Shown here: piece after piece, positions 25,469 to 39,029 of the stretch
How the letters are laid out: the number at the start of each line of letters is the position of its first letter
How positions within the stretch are numbered: position 1 is the first letter of the stretch
DNA from: Mobula birostris
Taxonomy: Eukaryota
Assembly (NCBI RefSeq): GCF_030028105.1
Contig: NC_092371.1
Coordinates: 97,243,064-97,307,063, forward strand
Length of the DNA stretch: 64,000 nucleotides
Reading direction: 5' to 3'
Made by a program: the position numbers and the translations under genes
The notes under the pieces: generated by a model
Seen by the model: the letters and a program-made list of their open reading frames with translations, nothing else
Told to the model about the DNA's origin: nothing
The model's database searches: none

Positions 25469-27639
25469 CTAAAAAAAAATTGCAGCCAATCAATTGCAGA
25501 GTGAGAATAACATCTGATAATAATGCCTTTCTTGGGAGATACGAGAGATTGCACATGTTGTGATCGGTAGCAAAAGAACTAGCTAAGAATTCAGTGGGTC
25601 AGGCAACATCTGTAGAAGCAAAGAATCAGTCGCGCATTAGGAACTATTTGCTTCGACACAATCTGCATGACCGGCTGTTCCACCAGTAGTTTTATCTTTG
25701 CTAAAACATTTTTCTTTATTGGTTGCCCATCAACATCGCTAGATCAGTGTGAAAACCTCATTTATTGAATTTGCATAGCGATAGAAGCCGACGTCACTGC
25801 AAATGCAATAACCTGGGGGTATTTCCAGAATATAAACACATGACAAAAAGTAAAAACAAATCTTCCATTTTTTCAAAGAAAATGCTGATTAATCAGACGC
25901 TTTGAATTTCAAAATTAACCGCACCTTCAGAGAAACAGTAGAGTTTCCAATTTTATGCATTTTCTTTACTTTATGCAAGTTTCGAATGGAATTCGGAGTA
26001 AATATTGATAGGAGGAAGGTCGGCGAGCAATGGATAAATGAATAAGAAACTTACAGTGTAGATCTTCTATGTCGCATTGAAATTTCGACATGTATGTAGA
26101 ATAGGTTTAACAAATAATATATATGAACTTTGAATTAACGCCTAACCCTGCTGAATGGAAAAACTGTATATTGTAATATTTAACCCAAAACATTCGGGTC
26201 AATTCGAGTTGCTGAATCTATCATTAATTTGCTTCTGCCTCCCATTAGGTGAGTTGATAATAGTTGAAAATATCAAACCCCTGGACAATTACTGATCGGA
26301 CTATTTGCCTCTTTGAGCTATTTGACTGGTAGATTTTACAAAGTTCCCACGGCGGCAGTGAAGTACGTATCAAGCAAAGCAAATTCCACCCCCATCCCCC
26401 ACAATTCTACATTGTTTAGAATCTTCTTCATTTAACTTCCAGGAAGTAAACTGTTCTTACACCAGGATTTTTAACCATCCTACAAAAGCGAAACAAATGA
26501 TCTCCTTGTTTTCACATTGATGATTCTGAGACAATTGCCTGTCACTCATCCCCGATTTCGGTGTTTTAATGCACCCACGAGGTTTGGGAAAGTGTACCAT
26601 CAATGCAGGCTTGCTTTTTGTCTTCATGCAAGCTCGCAACGATGTTAAGGAAATGTACTGCGTAAAGATGCTTAACCTATCCCGTCTTAACCTATCTCTT
26701 TCCTCCTCCACCCCTCCCCAACACACATGAATCCCCTCCCCCAACATATCACAGAAAAGACTGACGGCGAGTTAATTGAACAAGTGGAACTGAAAAACTG
26801 AGGATCGAAGATACGTTGTAAGAGGAATGTTGCATCACAAAGCTATGCAAATTGAGGTGCTATGAAAGTTGTCGCGACGCTTTTGAGCCATAAAGTAATT
26901 CCCGGTCAGACGTCAATGGTTTAGTTATTCTAACGATTAGGTTTTAAATGCAGTGCGTTCATTCAATTGAAATTCCCAAATTGCAATGCGAGTCACCCTC
27001 AGAGTTGAGATTCCAATCACATTTATTCTGTCGTTATTCACAGTGAAGGTGAAATTTGTGGGAATGAGCAACGTTTTGATGGACAGATTATTGATCAGTC
27101 TCTACAGTCACTTTAAACGATCGTTTATTTTCTCTCAATCCCCCCCCCCCCCCGCCTGCATCAAGATTGGCAGTGAACTCCCTTATCAAAGGCATTAACG
27201 AAAGTTTCCGGATATAGATTAATCACGAAGTAAGGGAGATTTGAGACAAGACATTTTCTCCTTTCTATCTCGGAATTCCTTTTTTAACCCGATATATCAG
27301 AATGGTATTTAATAATGTGAGAGATAATGGGCACATTCTTCGACATTACGCTTTTGATGACGCAATTCACAGAAAAAGTGGCAAAACCCACTTAGGGTAA
27401 TACAAGAAACTCTGAAGGGTATTCCGATACAACTCATATTCAGATCTGCTCCTACCAAAGGGAAGTTACGTGACGGTGGCATTAAGGCTTTCAGTGTGAT
27501 TTCGGAGATGAGCTGAAGCAATTTGCCACACTGTCCACGAAGAGGTTAATATTCTACAATCACACGGAGAATAAATGGTAAAATATAAGCGTTACATGTT
27601 GGGGTTTCAGTTTGTGCCGATCAGACAGTCTGGAAAGCA

Positions 27640-28310
27640 GTCAAAGACAACCCGAATCTCGGAGGTCTTAAGATTTAAGATTTCAGAAGGGAATCGATCT
27701 GATGTCCACGTTTTCTTGAAACCTCCACTCTCTGACTTGGTCTATTCAATTTTCCAGTCATCTGGTACAATGCTAGAATCTATCTATTCTTGCAAGATCA
27801 ACGTTAATGTCTCTGCAATCTCTCCAGCTACTTCCTTCAGAACCCAAGTGTGCATTCTATCAGGTCCAGGAAATTTATCCACCGTCAGACCATGAAGCTT
27901 CCTGAGCACCTTCTCAGTCGCAATTTTAACTGCACAAACTTAATTTCCCTGACACTCTTGAATGTCCAGTGCACTGCAGGTGTCTTCCACTGTGAAGATT
28001 GATGCAAAATACGCATTCGGTTCCGCTGCCATATCTGCATCTCTCATTACAATATCTCCAGCGTCATTTTGTATTGGTCCTATATCTATCCTCGACTCTC
28101 TTTTACGCTTTATATACTTAAAAAAGCTGTTGTATCTTCTTCGATATTAGTTGCTAGCTTCCTATTGTAATTCATCTTTTTAATCTGAATGACCTTCTTA
28201 GTTTCCTTCTGCAAGTTTTTAAAAGCTCCCCAATCTTCTATCTTCCCACTAGCTCTGGTTTCCTTGTATGCTCTCTCTTTTACTTTTACTTTGGCTCTGA
28301 CTTCACTTGT
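27640..28310 (-). mobile_element. Degenerate CR1 ORF2 fragment
   Basis: Minus-strand EVRAKVKVKERAYKE, NYNRKLATNI and GPDRMHTWVLKEVAGEIA-type motifs. Confidence 0.75.
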
Positions 28311-28329
28311 CAATTATCAAAAAATTGGT

Positions 28330-28762
28330 CAGGTCACTCGTCTGAGTGCTGCTGGTACCATGTAACTCAGTACTACCTGTTGCATGGTCGAGTGGTCGGT
28401 GACTAAACCGGCTCCCCCACCAGGCTTGCCTGGTGAGGAGGGTGGCTAGACACCCTGCAGGACGGAAAACAAGACCTGTCAAAGGGTGGATGAATCCTGT
28501 CATAGGGTCAACGGCCATCTAGCAAACAAGCGCGGAAAGGGCAGCCCTTGCATCGAAGCTTGGTCTGGCTATTCACTGCAAGAGAACTTCCCCCAGCCGC
28601 CTTGGACCCCACCATGCCGCTGGATCCGGGAGGGGATGTCGAGAGGGTGGGTCTAGACCTGTGCAACCCCCTACACAGCTAAAATCCACTCACGCACACG
28701 CTGTTCCTTTCTGAGGAGTGGGGTACCACTCACTAACTGACTGAAAGGGACCATCATCATCC
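28330..28762 (+). mobile_element. Short GC-rich non-autonomous element, possibly RTE-related
   Basis: Internal hairpin CACCAGGC-TT-GCCTGGTG and a (CAT)n tail (catcatcatc); family assignment is tentative. Confidence 0.4.
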
Positions 28763-29135
28763 TATAGGTTGGATAGCCAGAGAGAGATCAATTAATCTAA
28801 TCATCGGCCACACTAGAAAACACAGGACATTGACTGTGGTTATGAAGGTCAAAGGAAGTCCCACATAACGTGGCCATTCTCCCTCAACTTCAGGGCATCA
28901 AAGTATATGGCAAGAATGCAAGTGTATGGGTTGAGTGGGATCCGGGATCAGCCATGATGGAATGGCGGAGCAGGCTCGATGGGCTGAAAAGTCTAATTCT
29001 GCTCCAATATCTTATTTCCTATTTCCTCAAGACAGAAATTTCAGAATGTTCTTTGCATTCTTGACGTTTCAGAAGAACTCTTGTGATGCATCTAATTGAC
29101 GTCTGTGTGTCTGTATTCCAAATAAGAAGAAACAG

Positions 29136-32100
29136 AGAGGGGAAGACTTCCGGGTCATCAAGGGAATGGCGGCGTAAGGAAAAGGGCTGTCGACAAAAAA
29201 AGGTAAACTGCCCCAAAATCGAAATTAGACAAATACTTAATGTTGTATAACTAAATTAATAAAAGGGGCAAGGCTGATGTCTAAGAACAAGATTAAAAAG
29301 TCCGCTCAGAAGGCTGATAAACACAAAGAGCAAGGCGACGGACCTCGCTCCCCCACGGCTAACCAGGACGGAGATAATGAGGAGGAATTGGTGAATCTGT
29401 CTTTGATTCTCAGAGAAGTTCGCGAGTTCCGACAAGATAACAACAAACAGCTGGAAGATATTAAAGGAGAAATAGTAAAAACTAATTCGAGGATAGATGA
29501 AGCCGAAGCGAGGATTGTTGGAATTGAGGAGAAGCTATAAAACGCAGAGGAAGTGATAGCAGAAATGCTAACGCTACAAGAGCAGCTCCAGTAGAAGCTA
29601 ATAGACCAAGAAGGCCACTCAAAAAGGGAAAATGTGAGGATCTAGGGAGTTCTCGAAGGAACTGAAGGTAAACCCGGATTGATGATTTCCTTCGTGGAGA
29701 AGCTGCTTAGAGAGAACATTGATATACCGGATGCAACAGACCAACAAATAGAAAGGGCTCACCGCGCGTTGGCACCACAGCCTTAGGCAGGCGCCTAGCC
29801 CAGATCGATTCTAATTAGATTTCTCAGTTACAGAACGAAGGAAGAGGTGCTTAAACGGGCATGGCAAAAGAAAGGTTTCATGTGGAGCAACTGTAAAATC
29901 AGTTTAGACCACGATTACCGGGGATTCTTGCTAGAGGGAAGGAATATGCGGAAACACGGAGGGTCCTGAAGGAAAACAACATCAGATTCCAGACCCTGTA
30001 TCCAGCTCGGCTGAGAGTCTTTTACGACGAAGGGACAAAAACTTACGCTACGGCTGAGGAGGCAACGTCGGACTTGGCGGACCGGGGACTACCTATTAAA
30101 GTCATCACCCAACCGGAGCCGCTACTGGAGAGGATTCGGCAGAAGTCGTGGCAGCCAGTGTGGCGAGGACGCTCGACACGAACCAGAGTGTCAAACTACA
30201 AGGAAAAGCTGCAAAATATTCAGACGCGAATGTACAGAGAGTACAGATTAATTAAGAGAAATGACTGAAAAGATTAAATCGGACTTAAAGGTAAAATGAA
30301 AGCTGGTAGCTGAAAATAAACTAGACGGAATAACTTGAATGATAGCAAAGTGGTCGAGACATAAATAGTAGAAAATTCTCTATGATTATTCACACTGCTG
30401 AGGGCCCTCTAACACAGGGTGAAGATAGAGGTTATCCCTCTGAACTGAGGCGGGTCAGTGCTTAGGCCTCACTGTTGGAAGTCGGGAAAAATTTCAAAAT
30501 GTTATACGTTCAAAAATGTCGAGGGTGTGGTTATATGTTTTGGTTTACTGTTGAGAAGGGATTTTCTTACTGTTTAGTTAGAAAAGGAGAGTTTTTTTTC
30601 TATTAGAGAAAAATGCAAATTGAATTGGTAAAAATAATTTCCTATAATGTTAATGGGGTTTTGAATCCAATTAAAAGAAATAAGATTATGTCTAAATTGA
30701 AAAAAGAGAGGGCACAAATAGCTTTCCTCCAGGAAACACATATGAGCCAATCCGAACATGGAAAATTAAAAAGAATGGGCTTTAAGCATGTATTTTATTT
30801 ATCATATAAATTGAGCCACAGAAGAGGGGTAGCTACTTTAATATCAAGTACTCTTAATTATGAACATATTTCAGAGACTAAAGACAAAGATGGAAGATTT
30901 GTAAAAATTACGGGAAGAATAGAAGGTACAGAAATAACATTGCTGAATGTTTATGCTCCACCAGGTTGTGAATGGTCATTGTATAGACACATTTTTGACC
31001 TAATGTTTAGTTCTCAAGGGGTAGTAATCTGTGGAGGGGATTTTAATATTAGGCTAAAATCCTGCATTAGATTCTTAAAGAATAGTCACTCAGAATAACC
31101 CTCTGACTCGGAAAATGAATTTATTGATGGAGGAGTTGGGAATTATAGATGTGTGCAGGGAATTACACCCCACAGGTAAAGATTATACACACTCTTTCCC
31201 TCATTCAGCCTGTTCAAGGATAGACTATTTCTTTATCTTTAATACAGATGGACTCAGGATAAAAATCTGTAATATTGTGACAATTGATCTGTCGGATCAT
31301 AGCCCAGTCTCTTTGTCTCTAATCCTGGAAAGAAAAATGGAGGTTAAATTCACATATACTCAATAACCTCAAAGTAATGGAGAGATTAAGGGGAGAAATC
31401 AAAGTATACCTAGACCTTAATGACACGGGAGAAATATCATCAGTGATCTTATGAGATACAATGAAAACTGTACTGAGAGGAAAAATTATTTCCATTACCA
31501 CTCACATGAAAAAAAATCAATGCACAAAAATTAGCAGACCTTCAAGGAAAATTAAAACAACTACAAGTTGTAGATAGTAACAAAATAATTCTAATTTAAA
31601 ACAGGAAATTAGGAAATTGCAGAGTGAAATTGATGATATTTATACATTGGAAACTCAAAGAAATTTTCTTTACCTGAGACAAAAGAATTATGAAGTAGGA
31701 GGTGATCAGCTAGATTATTAGCATATAAGTTACGAAAACAACAAGCAGACAATACAATTCATAAAATTAAGAATCCAAAGACAAAGCTTGTGGAGAATAC
31801 AATAGGGAAAATTCAAGAGAGTTTTGAAACATATTATCGAGAGCTGTACTCCCAACCCCGGGCCTCCAATGAGGGCTATATAGACACTTTATTGAATTCG
31901 TTAGATCTAAAGTCAAGCTAACAGATTTACAAAATGAATGCCTATTTGAACCAGTAACTGTGAAATAACTGAATGTGGCCATCTCTAGATTAAAGGCTGG
32001 AAAGTCTCCAGGTTCTGGTGGGTTTACCTCAGAGTGGTACAAATCGCTGAAGTCACAGTTAGCCCCATTACTACCTAACACATTTAATTGGATCTTGCAG

Positions 32101-34907
32101 AGAGGAGAAACTCCACCTTCCTGGAGAGTAGCGATTATTTAAATTATTCCTAAAGAGGGTAAAGATAAACTAGAATGTGGTAATTATCGGCCAATTAGCG
32201 TTCTTAATTTAGATTATAAATTATTTACATCTATATTAGCGCGCAGATTGGAAAGGCTTTTACCTGGCCTAATCCATTTAGACCAGACTGGATTTATTCA
32301 GCAAAGACAAACACAGGACAACATAAGGAGAACTCTACATATACTGGAACAGGTTATTAAGAACGGCACAGAGACAATGGTAGTGGGATTAGATGCTGAG
32401 AAAGCTTTTGATTTGGTTAGTTGGGCATTCCTATACAGAGTGTTAGGAAGATTCGGCTTTCAAGAAAAGTTTATTAAAGTAATCCAGACTTTATATGCCA
32501 GCCCTACAGCTCGAATTAAGATAAATGGGGACCTCTCTGACTCCTTTATTTTAGAGAGAGACACTAGACAGGGATGCCCAATTTCTCCTCTCCTTTTTGC
32601 GCTATATATTGAGCTGCTTGCCCAACTAATAAGACAGAACGAAAATGTAAAAGGTATCAAGGTGGCAGGGATTGCACAGAAAGTAGCGTTATTCGCAGAT
32701 GATGTTTTAGTCTATCTGAGTGAACCAGAAAAATCATTTATGGGATTATTTACACTGTTGGATGACTTTGGGAAAATATCAGGTTATAAAATAAATGTAA
32801 AGAAAACGCAGGTTATGTCCCTAAATTATACACCATCCAAAAAACTGCAGGATACATCTGATCTTAAGTGGGAAGCTAAATCATTAAAATATTTAGGAAT
32901 AACCCTGCCGAAGGATCTTTCAACACTGTCACAGGTAAGTTATGGGCCATTAATTTCAGAGATAAAAGCAGATATGCATAGATGGAATCTTATCCCCTTT
33001 TTAAGTTTAAATTCAAGGATAAATACCATAAAATGAATATTCTCCCTCGGTTACTCTATCTTTTCCGGACTTTATCTGTGGGGGTGAATGATAATCAATT
33101 CAGTGAATGGGACAAGTGGATTTCCCGCTTCATTTGGCAAGGAAAGAAACCTAGAATTCGATATAACACCTCACAGTTAGGGAAGGAAGGAGGAGGTATG
33201 GTACTTCCTTGCTTGAGAACTGATTTTTATGCTTCACAGATAACCCCTCTGTTATATTGGTGTAATAGGGAATATAAGGCTAGATGGAAGGAAATAGAAT
33301 TTGGATTGGTTGACAATTTTCCACTACAGGCTCAATAGCAGACAAAGGATTGATGGCCCAATTGGAAAAGTTTGAAAACAGCTGGATAATTCTTACCTTA
33401 AAAGTATAGCAGAAGGTGGTTAATTCATGTTGAATCAATAACATGTTAAAACTTTTCGGATGGTGTGCATATGATACTGAATTCCTTCCCAACAGAGGAG
33501 ATAAAAGATTTGAACTATGGATAAAGAAAGGTCTTACAACCTACCTCTCATTTATACATAAAAGATTTATACATAAAAGAAACAATGTTTCCAATTCCTG
33601 CAGGACAAACATGGCCTACAACACAATGACTTTTTTAGGTACCTTCAAGCACCACACTATGTTAACCAGAGTTGTATATATATACAGACTTATCAACAGT
33701 AGAATTAGAATTTTTCAACATTCTGAATTCGGCTTACAGTTCAATACTAAGTCAATCAGTTTCTCGATTATATAATGCACTCTCCCATGCTAAAAATGTA
33801 AACACATTGTATATTAAAGAGAAGTGGGAGAAAGAAGCGGGGTTGGTGCTTTCAGAGGAGGCTTGGGGGAAAATATACAGCTTTCAGTGGTCTTCGACTG
33901 ACTCTTTGACTTGGAGAGAACATTGTTGGAAAAATATTATAAGATACTTCAAGACCCCATATCAGGAAAAGTATAAAGATACAAACGTGACGTGTTGGAG
34001 AAGGTGCGGCTCCAAGGAGGCAAATCATTTCCATATATTCTGGGATTGCCCTAAATTAAGTTTATATTGGAATGGTATTCATAAGACATTAGTTAAGGTA
34101 CTTAAGACCCAGATACCTCTGAACTTTGAGACGCTCTATTTGGGGCATGTATTGTTTTTTGAACAGAAGAAAGATATAAAGTTGCTGCAGGCCCTTTTAG
34201 CGGCAAGTAAGAAATCAATCACTAGGAAGTGGCTAAATCCAATACCACCTACATTAGAAGATTGGCACGAAATTATCTTGGAAATATTTAAAATGGAAAA
34301 GATGACTTACTCCCTGAGAATTCAAAAAGAAAAATTTTCTCAAATTTGGAATAAATGGATTGAATATATAACCCCAAAGCGAGCAGACTTTAGATGACTC
34401 TCCTAATGATTTATACTGCTCTTCTCATCAACACAGTAATATTGCCAACGGAAGCACCACTGGTCTAAATGTTTCCTGTTTTTGTTTTGTTTTGGAAAAT
34501 GGAGAATCAACACAAGTAAAGGAAAAGATTTGGGAAAGGGATAAGAAATGATAAAATTAAGTAAATAAGTACATAGGGATTGGATAATGTTTGGGGGTAG
34601 GAGCAAACATGAACAAGTTAGGATATAAACACCTACAATGGTAGTTACATTGGCTTACATACAACATTTTGGACCAGAAAGAAATGGTCCAGAAGAGATG
34701 TATGGAAATTATTATTAATCCACTATTATTACTATTTTTCTTAACAACTAATATCATTACTTAGCCTAATAGAGTAGAATTTCAACTGCACATAATTATC
34801 TGTTTAAGTGTCTAATTTCTTTTTGTATCATCTTATTGTGTACTTAGAAATGTATAAATAACTATAGAATTCCTTATCCAAATAAAAAGAAAAAATTAAA
34901 AAAAAAA
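29136..34907 (+). mobile_element. Essentially full-length but inactivated L1-clade LINE
   Basis: 5' gacttccgg...atggcggcg; ORF1 from 29277 (coiled coil, RENVRI.G, IERAHR) with stops; ORF2 30613-34397 (SYNVNG, FLQETH, GGDFN, LSDHS, GLDAEKAFD, RQGCPISPLLF, FADDV, CWRRCG..HIFWDC) with frameshifts; AATAAA 34881-34886 and polyA. Confidence 0.95.
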
Positions 34908-34949
34908 GAAGAATAAGCAACAGATAATAGATAGGGAGTTTATGGCTGG

Positions 34950-36440
34950 TGAGCTTGTGGATGTGGCAACAAAGTAGTTGTACCAGGACAGGCTGCTGGT
35001 GAAGGTCACTCCTAAGAGCTTGAAGCTACCTTCTCAAGACAGGAGCATGTACTCCACAAACATCACCCCCCCCCCACCCTTTCTGAAGCTTTTTGATCTT
35101 TTGTCCTTTCAAGGTCTTTTGTTTTGTTGACGTTAAGGGAAAGGCTGTGGTCACGGCACGATGTCACTAAGCTCTCTATCTCTTTCATCGTTATTGGAAA
35201 TGCGACACATGACAGTGGTAATATCTGCAAACTTGAAGGTAAGAGCTAAAGCAGGATCTGGCCATGAGTGTCCAGGGAGGAGGGTAGGGCGCTAACGGCG
35301 CAACCTTCTGGAGTGCCAGTGTTTAGAATAATTCTTGTGGAAGTGGGGCGGCCTATCTTTGATGACTGTAGTCTATTGGTCAGAAAGTCAAGGATCCCGT
35401 TTGCAGAGGGCGGCATTAACTCCCAATGTACGGACTTTGGTGATGGATTTGATTGGAATAATCTTTAGTTAATAAACAATATCTTGACGTCGGGGTCTTT
35501 ACTATTCAAATGCTTCAAAAGTAAACGTAAGGATAGGGAGCTCCATCCCGGTGGTGAGATTGCGGTGGGTTGAGGTTACCTGGAAAGCTGAGGGTTGATG
35601 CGTGCCATGAGCAGCTTCTCGAAACACCTCGTGTTCAGTGTTGCAGCCACTGAGTTGTAGTCATTAAGACAATATATCGTGCTTTTCTTGAGTACCTGAC
35701 AGAGCTGACAGTGGTCTTCTTAAAGCAGGAGGGAACTCCATCCCGAAGCAGGGAGAGGGTGACATTTCTGCAAATATCCCTGCCATCTGATGCGCATGGG
35801 ACCTAAGAACACGGGCAGAGACATCATCCGGGCTAGATGCTTTCCGCTGCTTCATCCTCGGAAGCCTGATCTTACGTCCCCGACAGTGAATGGACATTCA
35901 CGTTCTCCAGATACTGCTGGGGTGCGTCATGTCATATCCGCTTCCATCTGCATAAAGCGTGGATAGAATCTGTCAAACTCTTCGCGAAGGGCCGTGCTTT
36001 TTTTTTTGGCGACGGTGCCCACTTCGTTTTGCAATCCTTCAAATTATGCAAGGACTGCCACAGCTGACGGCTGGATCGAGACTCGATTTTGGACTGGTAT
36101 TGTCTCTTAATGTCTCTGAAAGCTTTATGGAAGTTATAACTTTATTTCTTTTTAAGGTCAGTGGCACATGATTTTAATGCTGCAGATCTACACTTCAGAA
36201 GAAAATGGATCTCCCAGTTCATCCAGGGTTTCCGGTTTGGAAACACTTGGATGCCCTCTTTAGTAACCGTCCTCAACATACTTTCTGATAAAACCTGTGT
36301 TGGCAGTGAAACCCCCATCCAGACTGGAGGCTGAGTCTGGGTATATGGTCCAGTCTACCAACTCAATCTCATCTGCTTCCTGAGACCAGCACAGCATAAC
36401 GTTCTGTTCTGGAGCCTCCCGTTTCAGCTCCTGGTGCTAA
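34950..36440 (-). mobile_element. Degenerate Rex1/Babar-like LINE fragments
   Basis: Minus-strand MKQRKASSPDDVSARVLR and RT-region remnants; 35860-36540 is colinear with 1700-2390. Confidence 0.6.
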
Positions 36441-36554
36441 ATTCAGCTTCTGTTGTTAATATTACTGCTAAGGTATCGTAAACAGTTGTTAAATGTCTTG
36501 AGGTCTACTTGCTCACGGAAGATAAGTTCTTTGTTGTTAACTGCAGAATTGCCT

Positions 36555-36670
36555 AACGAAGGGATCTTGCTCCGAAACGTCGACTGTTTACTCTTTCCCA
36601 TAGATGCTGCCTGGCATGCTGAGTTCCTCCAGCATTTTGTGTTCATTCCTTTGATTTCCAGCATCTTCAG
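36555..36670 (+). mobile_element. Penelope-like terminal repeat, degenerate hammerhead core
   Basis: ctaacgaagggatcttgctccgaaacgtcgactg...tagatgctgcctggcatgctgagttcctccagcattttgtg. Confidence 0.7.
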
Positions 36671-37890
36671 ATATTCTCGTGTTTGCGAAATAAATGCGTA
36701 ATTATTATACTCGATGATAGTTACAAAATATTATTTAATGCTTTTCTGCCATCTGCTGGTCAAGATACCCATGACAGAAAGACCAGAACTATTTAGAAAT
36801 GCTTTATTGGCATTTCCATGAAAATCCGTCTGTGTATGTATACCATGTAACATCTGACCGGAATTTTGGAAATGGACAGAAACGCGAATAACTGGAACTT
36901 ACCGGAGACCCTCTTCAGAGGATTCCATAGAATCCCCAAAAATAAAGTTCTACTCGGAGTTCACGTGAGGTCCAGAAGTGAAGGAGAAAATCATTAAAGT
37001 CAGAGGTCGTTAATCTGGTAATCGAAGCAAGAGCGAGAAACGGGAACGAGATCAAGAGTTCGTGAAGCCTTTCATAACTGGAAAGGCTTTAAAGCCGTTC
37101 TCCGTCTTGCCAAGTGAAATTGAGAATGTGATTTAAACATAAGTAAAACTGTAAGATTTTGCATTCTAGCGTGGCCGTGAAATATAGCAGAGACTGATAT
37201 AAGCAAATGTCCGCTATAAAAGTTGAAATGCGTGCCACTACCACGACGATTTCAGAGAGCGGGTTGTATGATAGGAATATAAGATCATATACCTCTTAAG
37301 TTGCATGAGTTTATGAAGGTAAAGATAGGGGTGTGACCGGGCAGTGCGGAGCTGTAAAATACCGTGGTAAAAATAGGGGGAAAAGGTCAGAAATCTGGAA
37401 ATGCCAGAAAAAGCAATTTCAAATATCACTTTAGTTTATTTAAGCCATGGCTTGGAGATTGTATTGGCTACGATAACGCAAAATTTAAGGGATTCCGCTG
37501 AACTCCTGACTAAGGAATGATCTGTATGAATGAATAGTTGTGTCGTTGACGCGCTGTTTTTAATGAGCCTCGGGAGGACATTTCGCGGCCGTTTTCATTC
37601 TAACCAGCGAGCCAAATTCAGTTCTCACATCAATTCTATTTGTCCTGTCTTATACTATTTCGTTCTAATACATGCTTTCAGCAAGGGAATAATTTATATT
37701 GGCCAATTAATGAGCAACCAATATTTCTTTGAGGCGTAGGTGAGCCCAGAGGACACGGAGACCGGGGGTTGGAGAGGGGAGGAGAAATTCAGACGGTCAC
37801 AGGTTGTACGTGAAAATTCCATACAGACCGGTGTAGATGTGACACTGCTGGTGAACGCAGCAGGACAGGCAGCATCTCTAGGAAGATGTA

Positions 37891-37928
37891 CAGTCGACAT
37901 TTCGGGCCGAGACCCTTCGTCAGGACTA
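37891..37928 (-). ncRNA. Minimal type I hammerhead ribozyme motif in a Penelope-like terminus
   Basis: Minus strand TAGTC-CTGACGA-A-GGG TCTCGG CCC-GAAAT-GTC-GACTG: stem I (TAGTC/GACTG), conserved CUGANGA and GAAA, stem II and a GUC cleavage triplet. Confidence 0.7.
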
Positions 37929-39029
37929 ACTGAAAGAAGAGCTAGTAAGAGATTTGAAAGTGGGAGCAAGAGGGAGAGATGAGACAGCTTCTTCACACGC
38001 AGTGTCGATATTTTCCATCTCAGGACATTCCATAGAGGTCAGAGACAGAGCTCATGTCCCCGAGAATTGTAAGATTGTGCTTAAAGCTTCCATTCGATCC
38101 CTGATTGTTCCTTAACAAACCTTGTGAATGTAAAAGGCAAGCAAAGGTAGATTACATTAGTTTTATTTCCCGCTTCTCCTCATCTGTCTATCACCTCCCC
38201 CAGTGCCTCTCCTCCTTCTCTTTCTCCTATGATCCACTATCTCCTATCAGATTCCAGCTCATTAACATTTTCACCGATCACTCCCATCCTCAAGTATACT
38301 TAAGCCAATGTTGGATAGATTTTTGCATAGTGGGGGAATTAAGGGTTATGGGGGAAAAACAGGTAGATTGAGATGAGTTCATGGCCAGATCAGCCATGAT
38401 CTTATTGAATGGTGGAGCAAGCTCGTTGGGCCAGATGGCCGACTCCTGCTCCTATTTCTTATGTTCTTATGTTCTCATTAGCTTCTTACTTCATTCCCCT
38501 CCCCACCTCCCAACTGGATTCACTTTCTAGTTTATCTTCCTTCCCCTTCCCCTCCTTCTTACTGGGGCATTGTCCCTCTTCCTTTCCGGTCCTGATGAAG
38601 AGTCCCGACAGGAAGCTTCCACTGCTTATTCACTTCCATAGATGCAGCCTGACGTGCCGAGTTCCTCCAGCATTCTGTGTGTAATGCGTTGGATTTCCAG
38701 CATTCTGCAGATCCCTTGTGTACACGACTTGTTTATTTGAATGGAGATGGTGGGTGTGTAAATTCAGTTTATTTTAATTATTCAAGGTTTCATTGCACTC
38801 AGCGGTTCACTGCTTTTTTTTTAACTTGGTCGGATTCGAGCAGAGAGCGTGGTTCTTCCAGATGCAACTACAACAATTTCTGTGAGCGGTGAATGCAGAT
38901 GAAATATCGTGTCCTCAGTAAGGAATCCCTGGAGGTAAAAATAATCCCATCCCCATATCTCTTCTCATCGCCGCGCACCATCATTTTGCTTATCAAGTCT
39001 ATCTACTTATTTTCTCATTTCACCAATCC

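Noticed and set aside
28390-28700. Possible HDV-like ribozyme in the RTE-like element
   Set aside because: A stable hairpin is present, but I could not fit the nested double pseudoknot (P1/P2/P3/P1.1) by eye.
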